From Sedimenticolaceae bacterium (lineage in GTDB: Bacteria; Pseudomonadota; Gammaproteobacteria; Chromatiales; Chromatiaceae): 64,000 nucleotides of DNA. Positions within the stretch are counted from its first letter, which is position 1. Every line of letters begins with the position of its first letter. Below are positions 54,334-63,934 of this stretch, in pieces. The notes under the pieces were generated by a model. It worked only from the letters and a program-made list of their open reading frames with translations, was not told the DNA's origin and ran no database searches. Position numbers and translations under genes: made by a program. Where the stretch lies: positions 12,067-76,066 of the forward strand of contig JBNKDM010000002.1 in NCBI GenBank assembly GCA_050288245.1, written 5' to 3'.

Positions 54334-55311
54334 ATGCGTATATACAAATCTATTTTTGTACTGTTGGCCATAGGAGTGGCGATCGCACAGAACGCCATGG
54401 CACTCGAGATTTCCTCTCCATTGGTAGACCCCTCTTGGCTCAACACTCATAAAGATGAAGTCACCATACTTCAGGTCAGTGGGCCTGCTGCGCTATTCAC
54501 GAAAGCGCCGGAGACCGGTATGGTTGATGGCAAGATTGTGGTGGGAAGTGTTTCTGGACATATACCTGGTGCAAGTTTTGTGGATTTCAGTCAGGTACGT
54601 GTGGCACGCGAAGTAAACGGAAAGATGGTAAAAGGACTGATCCCGCCGAAGGCTGATTTTGAAAAGTTGGCGCAGTCATGGGGTGTGAATAAGGATTCTG
54701 CCATCGTTATCGTGCCTGCCGGTATGAACACAGGCGACGTAGGTGCTGCGACCCGCCTGTATTGGCAGTTTAAGTACTATGGTCAGAAAAATATGGCTAT
54801 TCTTGATGGTGGCATGGCAGCATGGCTGGCAGCAGGCTTCCCCGCCGCAACCGATGCCCCAAAGGCTAAGAGCGGGAATTGGAAGGCTACTGCCGAAGAT
54901 AGAACTATTTTAGCCACCTATGCTGAAGTAAAGGGTGTCATTGCAAACAATAATATGCAGCTGGCTGATGCACGTCCGCAAAATCAATATATGGGTGTAT
55001 TCACCAAGAAGGGAGAGTTGCCAGGGCACCTGTCTGGTGCCAAGAATTTCCCCCCGGATCTTGTGACTACTGCTGATGGTCCTGCGGCTAGGTTTCTACC
55101 CGCATCCAGCTATAAATCCATGATGGTCGCTGAAGGGCTTGATCCAAGCGCAGCTACTATAACCTACTGCAATACAGGTCATTTGGCATCAGGTTTGTGG
55201 TTTGTTGCCCATGAAATCATGCGTAACAATAAAGCCAAAATGTATGACGGCTCGCTGTTAGAATACAGTATTCTGGGTGGAGAAACGATAAATCCTGCTA
55301 ATCTAAATTAG
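54334..55311 (+). CDS. Periplasmic tandem-rhodanese sulfurtransferase (thiosulfate/3-mercaptopyruvate sulfurtransferase family)
   Basis: Signal peptide MRIYKSIFVLLAIGVAIAQNAMA and two rhodanese modules. The active-site loop YCNTGHLAS is in the second module. Confidence 0.85.
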   Translation: MRIYKSIFVLLAIGVAIAQNAMALEISSPLVDPSWLNTHKDEVTILQVSGPAALFTKAPETGMVDGKIVVGSVSGHIPGASFVDFSQVRVAREVNGKMVKGLIPPKADFEKLAQSWGVNKDSAIVIVPAGMNTGDVGAATRLYWQFKYYGQKNMAILDGGMAAWLAAGFPAATDAPKAKSGNWKATAEDRTILATYAEVKGVIANNNMQLADARPQNQYMGVFTKKGELPGHLSGAKNFPPDLVTTADGPAARFLPASSYKSMMVAEGLDPSAATITYCNTGHLASGLWFVAHEIMRNNKAKMYDGSLLEYSILGGETINPANLN

Positions 55312-55340
55312 TTTTAGCAACGAGTAAAGCCGGAGGAGTC

Positions 55341-55366
55341 AGAGCCCAGGTATATACCTGGGCTCT
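55341..55366 (+). terminator. Rho-independent terminator after the periplasmic rhodanese gene
   Basis: Perfect 26-nt palindrome agagcccaggtatatacctgggctct followed by ttaatt. Confidence 0.7.
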
Positions 55367-55667
55367 TTAATTGCCGGTCAAAAATTCTCATTAATTCTGC
55401 CTTATTCACGTCATTGCAGGTACCAGGTATAACCCAATGCATGTAGACTTCCGGAGTGAGGCTGTTTATGCTTTCACTGCTTCGCTTTCAGGAAATTCAG
55501 GATATCAACCAACCCGGACGGACTTAATACGCCAATGCCGTGCGCCCTACGGTACAGGTGTCTGTGAGTGGTTGCTATTAGTGCCACACAACATGCGCTA
55601 AAAGACGCTAGAATGTAGTTGTGGTGCAGTAGCAATTTGGTCTAATACCATTGTGTCCGGAGGATAT

Positions 55668-56558
55668 ATGAATATCTGCGTGGAAACACATACTCAACGG
55701 AGAAGAGCTGTTCGCTGTTGGCATTTAGTGTGTGTTGTTGCCTTATGCCTGCTGACCCTGGACGCACTAACGTTATCTTCGAGTGCCATGGCGGCGTCTC
55801 AGACCACCTATACCTTTGCCATCACACCCCAGTTCCAGCAACGCAAACTTATAGCCACCTGGATGCCAATTGTTCAGGAGATTGAAAAGCGTACAGGCCT
55901 CAACTTCAAGTTGACCTCCATGATCTCGGTGCCTGAATTCGAAAAGGAGTTGGCAAAATCCACCTTTGACTTTATCTACTGCAATCCCTACAACATAATA
56001 AAATCGGTACCATCTCCAGGCTATATACCATTGGTTCGTGACAATGTGCCGATGCGTGGGATCTTAGTGGTTCGCAAGGATAGCAAGATCTCGAAGCTTT
56101 CCGATATCGAAGGAAAAACAGTCGCATTTCCATCACCGAATGCATTAGGTGCAAGTCTGATAGTGCGTGCTGATCTGGCCACATTACACCATATACATAT
56201 AGTTCCAAAGTATGTTAAGACTCACAGCTCAGTATATTTCCATGTAGTAAACGGTCTGACGGATGCAGGTGGTGGTGTTGAAAAAACATTGCAGGAGCAA
56301 CCGCCAGCGGTCCGGAATGCGTTGAAAATCATTTACACCACGCGCGAATTCCCATCGCTACCGGTTGCCGCCAATCCACGTGTTCCTAAAGCAGATCAAG
56401 AACTGGTTCGCAAGGCTTTACTGGATTTAAGCAAGACAAAAGAGGGCAAGAAGATGTTTGCCGGAGTACCGATGCAGGAGGTAGTGCCTACTTCGCTTGC
56501 GGACTATGCACCCATGCGTGCATGGGGGTTGGAATCCTTCTGGATAGATAACTACTAA
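55668..56558 (+). CDS. PhnD-like (phosphonate-type) periplasmic substrate-binding protein
   Basis: ATG 55668 follows GGAGGA. Signal peptide ends SSAMA|AS. TYTFAITPQF...W.P....IEKRTG...F.L....S..EFEKELAKSTFDFIYCNPY fits the PhnD/Phosphonate-bd fold. Confidence 0.8.
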   Translation: MNICVETHTQRRRAVRCWHLVCVVALCLLTLDALTLSSSAMAASQTTYTFAITPQFQQRKLIATWMPIVQEIEKRTGLNFKLTSMISVPEFEKELAKSTFDFIYCNPYNIIKSVPSPGYIPLVRDNVPMRGILVVRKDSKISKLSDIEGKTVAFPSPNALGASLIVRADLATLHHIHIVPKYVKTHSSVYFHVVNGLTDAGGGVEKTLQEQPPAVRNALKIIYTTREFPSLPVAANPRVPKADQELVRKALLDLSKTKEGKKMFAGVPMQEVVPTSLADYAPMRAWGLESFWIDNY

Positions 56559-56561
56559 TAC

Positions 56562-58037
56562 ATGTCACTGCGTGTAAAACTCCTGCTTCCTCTCATTCTT
56601 ACCGGTATTTTAATCGGTACTTACCTGTATGCCAGCTGGATTCCGCGCATCCTCGCCGCAGACGAAGTCGCACACCTTAAAGCTGTGGACCAGCACCTGA
56701 ACAGTGTCGCTGAGAGCTTGGTGCCGCTACTGCTAGGCAATCAGCTGGATATACTGCACGGTAACCTCAACGCACTCAAGAAAGATAACAGCAATTGGCT
56801 TAGCATCCGTCTGGTTAACCCGGAAAGCAAACAGCTGTATCCATTGGCAACTATACCGTTGGAGCAGGAGTTTTATACGCTTCCAGACGTGCGTAAGATG
56901 GAAAAGCAAATCACCTATTTAGGAGAAAATCTTGGCACTTTGACAGTTATGATCAACCTGGCATCCTCCCTGGCGAACACACGGCAGGAGATTATGGAAC
57001 TTACCTTCGGTCTCCTTGCGGTACTGATCATATTCATGGTCACAATTATATCCACTATGGAAATAATGGTTACTAAGCCAGTGCATCAATTGTCAGTTGC
57101 TGCTACACGCATTGCGAACATGGATTTTGAGGCAGATTTACCCGATGCGGGAAAGGACGAGATCGGAGGACTGATAAGGAGTTTTTCATCTATGCGTGAT
57201 GATCTGCAAAGCAATCATGCAAGTCTGTTACTGGAGATTGACGAACGCAAAGATGCTGAAAATGCGTTAATAGCATTGAATGAAACCTTGGAACAACGTG
57301 TCAGCTCAGAAGTTGCTGCGAACCGTGAGAAAGATCACATGCTTATTCAGCAGTCACGTTTGGCCGCCATGGGAGAGATGGTGCACAATATTGCTCACCA
57401 GTGGCGGCAACCGTTGAATTCCCTTGGACTGCTTATAAGCAATATACAGGACGATTTCAAATTCAACACTTTGACACAAGAGACAATGGATCAGGATGTG
57501 AGCAGTGCTCGACGCCTTATCGAAAGGATGTCGACCACAATTGACGACTTCCGTGATTTCTTTCGCTCTGACCGGGAAAAAAGCAGTTTTGATGTAGCAA
57601 CCGCTGTACTAGAGGCTATATTCATCGTCGAGGCCTCTCTTAAGAGTAACAAAATAGATCTGGTTGTAAACGCCCCCCCCGGTCTTTATGCAAACGGCTT
57701 TCCAAGTCAATATGGGCAGGCGGTGCTTAATTTGCTTGCCAACGCCAAGGAGGCAATCTGTGACAGGCAGATCTCCGATGGACAAATCCAGGTTACACTT
57801 AGGCAGGAGGAGAATAATGCTGTGCTGCGTGTAGAAGACAATGGCGGCGGTTTTTCACAGGATATACTGCCACGATTATTTGATCCATACTTTACCACTA
57901 AAGATTCAGGCACTGGCATCGGTTTGTACATGACCAAGATGATAATAGAGCGTAATATGGATGGCGCGATTAGCGCAGAGAATACCGAAAAAGGTGCCTG
58001 CTTTATTTTGAGTATCCCATTAGAAATAACCGCTTGA
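56562..58037 (+). CDS. Sensor histidine kinase (2 TM, periplasmic loop, HAMP, HisKA, HATPase)
   Basis: TM1 at aa ~7-28 and TM2 at aa ~148-170. HAMP region, H-box HNIAHQWRQPLNSL, N-box LLANAKEA, and G-boxes EDNGGG / GTGIGLYM. Confidence 0.9.
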   Translation: MSLRVKLLLPLILTGILIGTYLYASWIPRILAADEVAHLKAVDQHLNSVAESLVPLLLGNQLDILHGNLNALKKDNSNWLSIRLVNPESKQLYPLATIPLEQEFYTLPDVRKMEKQITYLGENLGTLTVMINLASSLANTRQEIMELTFGLLAVLIIFMVTIISTMEIMVTKPVHQLSVAATRIANMDFEADLPDAGKDEIGGLIRSFSSMRDDLQSNHASLLLEIDERKDAENALIALNETLEQRVSSEVAANREKDHMLIQQSRLAAMGEMVHNIAHQWRQPLNSLGLLISNIQDDFKFNTLTQETMDQDVSSARRLIERMSTTIDDFRDFFRSDREKSSFDVATAVLEAIFIVEASLKSNKIDLVVNAPPGLYANGFPSQYGQAVLNLLANAKEAICDRQISDGQIQVTLRQEENNAVLRVEDNGGGFSQDILPRLFDPYFTTKDSGTGIGLYMTKMIIERNMDGAISAENTEKGACFILSIPLEITA

Positions 58038-58050
58038 TTGAGAGTTTGAA

Positions 58051-59076
58051 ATGAATGTCGAAAATGCTACACAAAAAATAGATGCAGAATTTCTGAAAAC
58101 ACTGTCAGTACTATATGTAGAAGATGATGAAGAAGTACGTGAACTTTTGACCCGATTTCTGCAGCGTTGGGTTGGCGCACTTTACATTGCCACCAACGGC
58201 AAAGAGGGTTCAGATATTTTCAAAGAACATAATCCTGATGTGGTAATTACCGATATCAAGATGCCGGTAATGGATGGATTAGAGATGGCTTCTTTGATCA
58301 AGACGTCTTCCTCTGAAGTGCCAATCATTGTGATTACTGCCTACAGTGAGCGTGATTATTTCATCCGTGCTATTGAAATAGGGGTAGATAGGTATGTTAC
58401 TAAGCCGGTAAATACCGATACATTGCTTCAGGCAATTTATAAAAGCGCCAGCCATCGTCATCACCAGTTGGAGATGGAAAAGGCTAAGCAGGAGATTGTT
58501 GATGCCTTAGAGCAAACCATAGGTGTACTGTCCCGAGCTATTGAACTACGCGACTTGTACACTGACGGACATCAGAAGCGTGTTGCACTACTGGCGACGG
58601 CAATCGCTGAGGAGATGAATATGCCAAGTGACACCGTCACTGGCATACGTCTCGGTAGTCTGGTTCACGATGTTGGAAAGATTAAGGTGCCTGCTGAAAT
58701 ACTTAGCTGCCCCAGAAAATTGACCAAAGATGAGATGGATATTATCAAAACACATCTTAGTGCCGGTTATGAAATCCTGGAAGGTGCAACATTCCCATGG
58801 CCGGTGGCACGTATGGTATTGGAACATCACGAGCGGCTGGACGGCTCTGGCTACCCCAGTGGACTCAAAGGTGATGAGATTTGTATGGAAGCTCGCATAG
58901 TTGCCGTATCGGACGTAGTCGAGGCAATGACATCATTCCGTCCTTACCGTGCCGCCTTGGGAGTAGAGGCAGCGGTGGAAGAAATACGTAATGGACGTGG
59001 TACCTTATATGATGCGACAGTAGTCGATAGCTGTATAAGGGTACTTGAAAAGGCAAACTATGATTTCTGGACCTGA
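58051..59076 (+). CDS. Response regulator with an HD-GYP output domain (RpfG-type c-di-GMP phosphodiesterase)
   Basis: Receiver domain (LYVEDDEE...DVVITDIKMPVMDG). HD-GYP domain with GHQKRVA, HDVGKI and HHERLDGSGYP. Confidence 0.92.
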   Translation: MNVENATQKIDAEFLKTLSVLYVEDDEEVRELLTRFLQRWVGALYIATNGKEGSDIFKEHNPDVVITDIKMPVMDGLEMASLIKTSSSEVPIIVITAYSERDYFIRAIEIGVDRYVTKPVNTDTLLQAIYKSASHRHHQLEMEKAKQEIVDALEQTIGVLSRAIELRDLYTDGHQKRVALLATAIAEEMNMPSDTVTGIRLGSLVHDVGKIKVPAEILSCPRKLTKDEMDIIKTHLSAGYEILEGATFPWPVARMVLEHHERLDGSGYPSGLKGDEICMEARIVAVSDVVEAMTSFRPYRAALGVEAAVEEIRNGRGTLYDATVVDSCIRVLEKANYDFWT

Positions 59077-59210
59077 ATTCAAACAGCCCCCCTGCAACAA
59101 GGTAGAGATAAAAATATTGCTGCAATCTGAAAAATAAACATATTTCAGTTCGCAGGTTGTAATGCCAATCTAAAGATTGCCAACGACAATTTAATCCCCT
59201 CAATGTTTAA

Positions 59211-59224
59211 TTGATCATGATCAT
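59211..59224 (+). promoter_or_regulatory. Candidate FNR/ANR-type box upstream of the cytochrome c peroxidase gene
   Basis: TTGATcatgATCAt matches TTGAT-N4-ATCAA at 9 of 10 positions and sits within a 12-bp perfect palindrome, TGATCATGATCA. It lies 162-175 nt upstream of ATG 59386. Confidence 0.4.
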
Positions 59225-59385
59225 GTAGATTGATAACAGTCATTGCACTGTAATTAGACTAATTCTAAACTCAACCGGCCATTGAATGGGGAATATCGTA
59301 AGCGCAATCAATAAGCGAGGATGATGTTCATCAAGCACTGGAGGACGTTTCTATTATAAAAATTTCTCACATAGAGGTGACTAGA

Positions 59386-60375
59386 ATGAAGCATATATCA
59401 ATTATTTTACTGATATCTGGAGCTGCTGCTATATCCACTGCCGTCCTGGCTGAGGAGCCAATTAAACCAATAGAGCCGGTGAAATCAATCAATCTCGCCC
59501 AGGCGGAGCTGGGTAAGAAGCTCTATTTTGATCCGAGGCTGTCAAAGTCTGGCTTCATCTCATGTAACTCATGCCACAATCTGAGCATGGGAGGCACTGA
59601 TAACCTAAAGACATCAATCGGAGACCATTGGCAACAGGGCCCGATCAATGCTCCAACCGTGCTCAATTCAAGTCTAAACCTTGCCCAGTTCTGGGATGGG
59701 AGAGCCAAGGACCTCAAGGCGCAGGCTGGTGGCCCTATAGCAAATCCAGGAGAGATGGGCTTCACACACAAGCTGGCTGTAGAAGTATTGGAGTCAATTC
59801 CACAGTATGTTGTTGAGTTTAAGCAGGTATTCGGCACTGATAAGATCACAATCGATAATGTTACCCAGGCAATTGCAGAGTTTGAAAAGACCTTGGTAAC
59901 ACCTAACTCAAGATTTGATCAATGGCTGCTTGGCAATAAGGATGCCTTAACAGCTGAGGAACTGGCCGGATATCAGACATTTAAGAGTAGCGGCTGTGTC
60001 AGCTGCCACAATGGTCAGGCAGTTGGTGGAAACTCATTCCAAAAGATGGGAGTCGTTGAACCCTACAAGGCCAACAGTCCTGCTGAGGGGTTAAGCGCAG
60101 TCACTGGCAAGGATGCGGATCGTTTCAAGTTCAAGGTACCTACCTTGCGTAATGTTGAGATGACATATCCCTATTTCCATGATGGTGAAGCAGCGACCCT
60201 AAATGAAGCTGTGAATACAATGGGACGCATTCAGCTGGGTAAGAAGTTTAGTCCTAAGGAAAGCACACAGATTGTGGCATTTCTCAAGACACTGACTGGA
60301 GATCAGCCAACATTCCCTATGCCTATACTGCCTCCTTCAACAGAAAAAACACCTGCGCCAAGGCCTTTTAAGTAG
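59386..60375 (+). CDS. ccp: Di-haem cytochrome c peroxidase (CcpA/MauG family)
   Basis: Signal peptide, two haem c motifs (CNSCHN and CVSCHN), FWDGRA, and the PTLRNV...PYFHDG signature. ATG 59386 lies 8 nt after AGAGG. Confidence 0.93.
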   Translation: MKHISIILLISGAAAISTAVLAEEPIKPIEPVKSINLAQAELGKKLYFDPRLSKSGFISCNSCHNLSMGGTDNLKTSIGDHWQQGPINAPTVLNSSLNLAQFWDGRAKDLKAQAGGPIANPGEMGFTHKLAVEVLESIPQYVVEFKQVFGTDKITIDNVTQAIAEFEKTLVTPNSRFDQWLLGNKDALTAEELAGYQTFKSSGCVSCHNGQAVGGNSFQKMGVVEPYKANSPAEGLSAVTGKDADRFKFKVPTLRNVEMTYPYFHDGEAATLNEAVNTMGRIQLGKKFSPKESTQIVAFLKTLTGDQPTFPMPILPPSTEKTPAPRPFK

Positions 60376-60388
60376 TTAATCCTCAAAT

Positions 60389-60417
60389 ACAGGGCCACAC
60401 TGCTATTGTGGCCCTGT
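60389..60417 (+). terminator. Terminator hairpin after ccp
   Basis: acagggccaca / tgtggccctgt 11-bp stem with a 7-nt loop, 13 nt after the stop. The T-tract is weak. Confidence 0.55.
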
Positions 60418-60880
60418 ATCTAATCTAAGATATCCCATACTCTAACTTGTGGATAAGCTTCCATTTTATTCGTCAAAACACACTCAAGATTTACCGCCTG
60501 CGTCCGCTAACAACTATGCTGGTATGCAATTAAGACGGTTACTGTAGCCGAAGAAGATCAATCCTGCAGATATCGAGGAGGGGTCATCTGTATTCGCATC
60601 CCACTCGCTGGCCCCGCCCACGATAGGGGGATGTGGATAAGATATATCTGCTCATAGCAAACGCAGATAAATCATCTTTACCTCAGCGCGGAAGTTTTTT
60701 GATCTTGTGTTCGTGAAAAAAATGATGCTTAAGCAATGATCAGGTCTTGAATGTGTAAGTTGAGTAATGTATCAAGCATTTATAGAGTAGCTAACGCGGG
60801 CTAGTTGCTTAAATTGCTGTTTTTATATACCTAAAAATTAAGGTTGCTGCTATGGGACGAGTTGCCGGAAGAGAGCATAA

Positions 60881-63800
60881 ATGAGGATGTTCTCCAGGCT
60901 AGTGTTATATCGATGGCTACTTGGGTTGCCGCTGCTACTGCTGCTCTCATGTTCCGGGGCACTAGCGGCAGGCCAGGAAGAAAGCGTAATACGCATTGGC
61001 GTACTGGCGAAGCGTGGTGACGCACACACCGTAGATCGTTGGAAACCTACATCTGATTATCTTAGCCATGAGATCCCTTCACACCGCTTTAAGGTAGTGC
61101 CGTTAGACTTTATTGAAGTAGATCAAGTGGTTGCAAAGGATGGAGTGGATTTCATCCTGGCCAATCCCGCTATCTATGTCGGACTCGAAAAGCGTTACGG
61201 TGCTGGCAGAATTGCTACCATGCGCAACCGCAACGGCCATCGTGGTTACACCTATTTTGGCGGCGTAATATTCACCCGCGCAGACCGTACAGAGATCAAC
61301 TCCATCGCCGACCTGGAAGGTATGAGATTCGCTGCGGTCAAGGAAAACTCATTCGGTGGTTATCTCATGGCCCTGCGTGAATTGAAACAAGCTGGTATCA
61401 CACCGGGCGAGGATACCTCGTTACAGTTCAGCGGTACCCACGACGCAGTGGTATATGCGGTGCTTTCAGGTAAGGCTGATGCAGGTACAGTCCGTACCGA
61501 TACCCTGGAGCGGATGAGCGAAGAGGGTAAGATCGACCTAGCGAAGATAAAGCTGATTAACCAGCAGCACCCTGACAATTTTGGCTATCTACTCAGCACC
61601 CGTCTCTACCCGGAGTGGCCATTTGCCAGATTGGCACATACTGACGAAGAATTAAGTCATGACGTGGCAGTAGCATTGTTGCGCATGCCGCCGGATAGTT
61701 ATGCTGCTAAGACAGGTCAGACTGCCGGCTGGACTGTGCCCGGCAACTACCAGCCGGTGCATGAACTGCTGCGCGAACTGCGTATCGACCCTTATGCGGA
61801 TGTAGGCCACATCACCTTTACCGACCTGTTGCGTAACTACTGGTACTGGTTGTTGCTGACACTATTGGCGTTGCTAGTCCTGAGCACTGCAACAGGCTAT
61901 GTTTCCAGATTGAACATGCGTCTCCGGCAGACCGAAGGCGAGCTTCGTGGCGCCAGGGACAATCTGCTGGAGAAAGTACGCGAACGTACAGCGGAACTGG
62001 AGGAGAGCCACCGGCGTCTGGAGCGTATCAGTCGTGATTGGAACGATGCATTCGACGCGATTAACGATCCGATCTTTATCCATGATACTGAGATGCTACT
62101 GGTGCAGGTCAACCCGGCTTATTGTGAGCGAGCCGGTCATAGCATCGAATATATGCTAGGCAAGCCATACTATAATTTTTTTCCACGTATGGATGGGCCA
62201 CTGCCCGGGTGCATACACTTTCCTGAACATAGCCAAAACGATGAGAGTGAACTTGAGCTTGAGAACGGCGAGGTCTTTCTATCGCGTTCCTATGGTATCA
62301 AGCGGGCTGACAACACTATCAAGCACGCCATACATATTTTGGAGGATGTTACCGCACAGCGGCATGCACAGAGTGAGATGCAGCGTCTCAATCGTGCTCT
62401 GCTCACCCTGAGCCGCTGTAATACCACTCTGGTTCATGCTGAACATGAAAATGAGTTGATGGACGACATCAGCCATATCCTGATTGAGGATGGAGGCTAT
62501 CGTTTCGCCTGGATTGGATATGTGGATATGCATGAGGAGTGCACCATTCGCCCTGTAGCCTATGCCGGGGTTGGTGGAATGTTTCTGCAAGAGTTGAACA
62601 ATAGCGGCGCGAACCAAGGTGCTGATGCCTTGGCGCTACACGCCCTGCAACAGAGTGAGGCGGTCACACTGCGTGACCTGTCTCTGGCAGAAGAGCCACT
62701 TGCAGAGTGGAGTGAGCTGGCGCTGAAATCTGGTTTTTCCTCTGCCATCGCCTTGCCATTAGTGTCGCAAGGTGAGGTGTACGGCGTGTTATGTATCTTC
62801 GCGCAAGAGGCAGACGCCTTTGATAAATCTGAGATTGCTCTGTTACAGGAGATGGCTGGAGATCTCTCCTTCGGTATCCATACCCTGCGCAGCCAGATGG
62901 AGCATGCGCGCGCAGAACGTGCCCTGCAGCGGTCAGAAGAGCGTTACCAGGAACTGTATGAAAACGCCCCTAGCGCCTATCTCTCCGTCTCTGCATATGA
63001 TGGACACTTAATGCAGTTTAATCAGGCGCTGTGTGAGATGCTTGGCTATACCCGCGAAGCCCTGGCACTGAAGTCAATCTTCGAACTCTACGCAGATACA
63101 GAGGATGGCAAGGCCAAGGTAAAACAGGTATTTGCCAAACTGCGCGACGGCAGTGGTGTACGCGACGAAGAGCTGCAGATGTTGCATGCTTCAGGTGAAC
63201 CTGTCTGGGTTAGTCTGACAGTTGAGCCGATTATGGATGCAGATGGAATGATAGCTGAAACCCGTTCCATGATGATCGATATCTCGGATCGTAAACATGC
63301 AGAGGATGAGCGCAGTAAATTTGCAGAGCAGTTGCAGCGCTCGTTATTGCAGACTATCCGCGCCATCGCGTTGACCATTGAAAAACGCGACCCCTACACC
63401 GCCGGTCATCAGGAACGGGTGGCTGATCTCGCGGTAAAGATCGGCCAGGAGATGGGTCTGGAAGAAGATAATCTAGAGGGGATCAAACTTGGTGCGTTAA
63501 TTCACGATATCGGTAAGATCTCCATTCCGGCAGAGATCCTAAGCCGTCCCGGGGTACTGGGACCTGAGATGTTTAATATAATCAAGACCCATCCGCGTAG
63601 CGGCTATGAGATCATTGGTGGTATCGAATTCCCCTGGCCGCTGGCGGAAGTGGTACTGCAGCATCATGAACGGCTGGATGGCAGCGGTTATCCCAACGGC
63701 TTGAAAGGTGATGAGATCCTTCTTGAGGCACGGATAATGGCCGTCGCTGACGTAGTGGAGGCGATGGCATCACATCGTCCATATCGTGCAGGTTTGGGTC

Positions 63801-63934
63801 TTAAACAGGCACTAGAAGAGATTGAGAGAGGCAAAGGATCGCTGTATGACAGTCAGGTGGTGGAGGCCTGTCTCAAGGTGTTCAGCCATGAGCAGGAGAT
63901 GGCTGAATGGGTGCGTAGCGCCCAGAACCACTAG
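60881..63934 (+). CDS. Membrane sensor: periplasmic PhnD-like domain - TM - PAS - GAF - PAS - HD-GYP phosphodiesterase
   Basis: Signal/TM, then VIRIGVLAKRG...VDFILANPAIYV (PhnD-like). TM YWYWLLLTLLALLVLSTATGYV, a coiled coil, then PAS (DPIFIHD...), GAF (aa ~510-670), PAS (YQELYENAPSAY...). C-terminal HD-GYP with GHQERVA, HDIGKI and HHERLDGSGYP. Confidence 0.9.
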   Translation: MRMFSRLVLYRWLLGLPLLLLLSCSGALAAGQEESVIRIGVLAKRGDAHTVDRWKPTSDYLSHEIPSHRFKVVPLDFIEVDQVVAKDGVDFILANPAIYVGLEKRYGAGRIATMRNRNGHRGYTYFGGVIFTRADRTEINSIADLEGMRFAAVKENSFGGYLMALRELKQAGITPGEDTSLQFSGTHDAVVYAVLSGKADAGTVRTDTLERMSEEGKIDLAKIKLINQQHPDNFGYLLSTRLYPEWPFARLAHTDEELSHDVAVALLRMPPDSYAAKTGQTAGWTVPGNYQPVHELLRELRIDPYADVGHITFTDLLRNYWYWLLLTLLALLVLSTATGYVSRLNMRLRQTEGELRGARDNLLEKVRERTAELEESHRRLERISRDWNDAFDAINDPIFIHDTEMLLVQVNPAYCERAGHSIEYMLGKPYYNFFPRMDGPLPGCIHFPEHSQNDESELELENGEVFLSRSYGIKRADNTIKHAIHILEDVTAQRHAQSEMQRLNRALLTLSRCNTTLVHAEHENELMDDISHILIEDGGYRFAWIGYVDMHEECTIRPVAYAGVGGMFLQELNNSGANQGADALALHALQQSEAVTLRDLSLAEEPLAEWSELALKSGFSSAIALPLVSQGEVYGVLCIFAQEADAFDKSEIALLQEMAGDLSFGIHTLRSQMEHARAERALQRSEERYQELYENAPSAYLSVSAYDGHLMQFNQALCEMLGYTREALALKSIFELYADTEDGKAKVKQVFAKLRDGSGVRDEELQMLHASGEPVWVSLTVEPIMDADGMIAETRSMMIDISDRKHAEDERSKFAEQLQRSLLQTIRAIALTIEKRDPYTAGHQERVADLAVKIGQEMGLEEDNLEGIKLGALIHDIGKISIPAEILSRPGVLGPEMFNIIKTHPRSGYEIIGGIEFPWPLAEVVLQHHERLDGSGYPNGLKGDEILLEARIMAVADVVEAMASHRPYRAGLGLKQALEEIERGKGSLYDSQVVEACLKVFSHEQEMAEWVRSAQNH

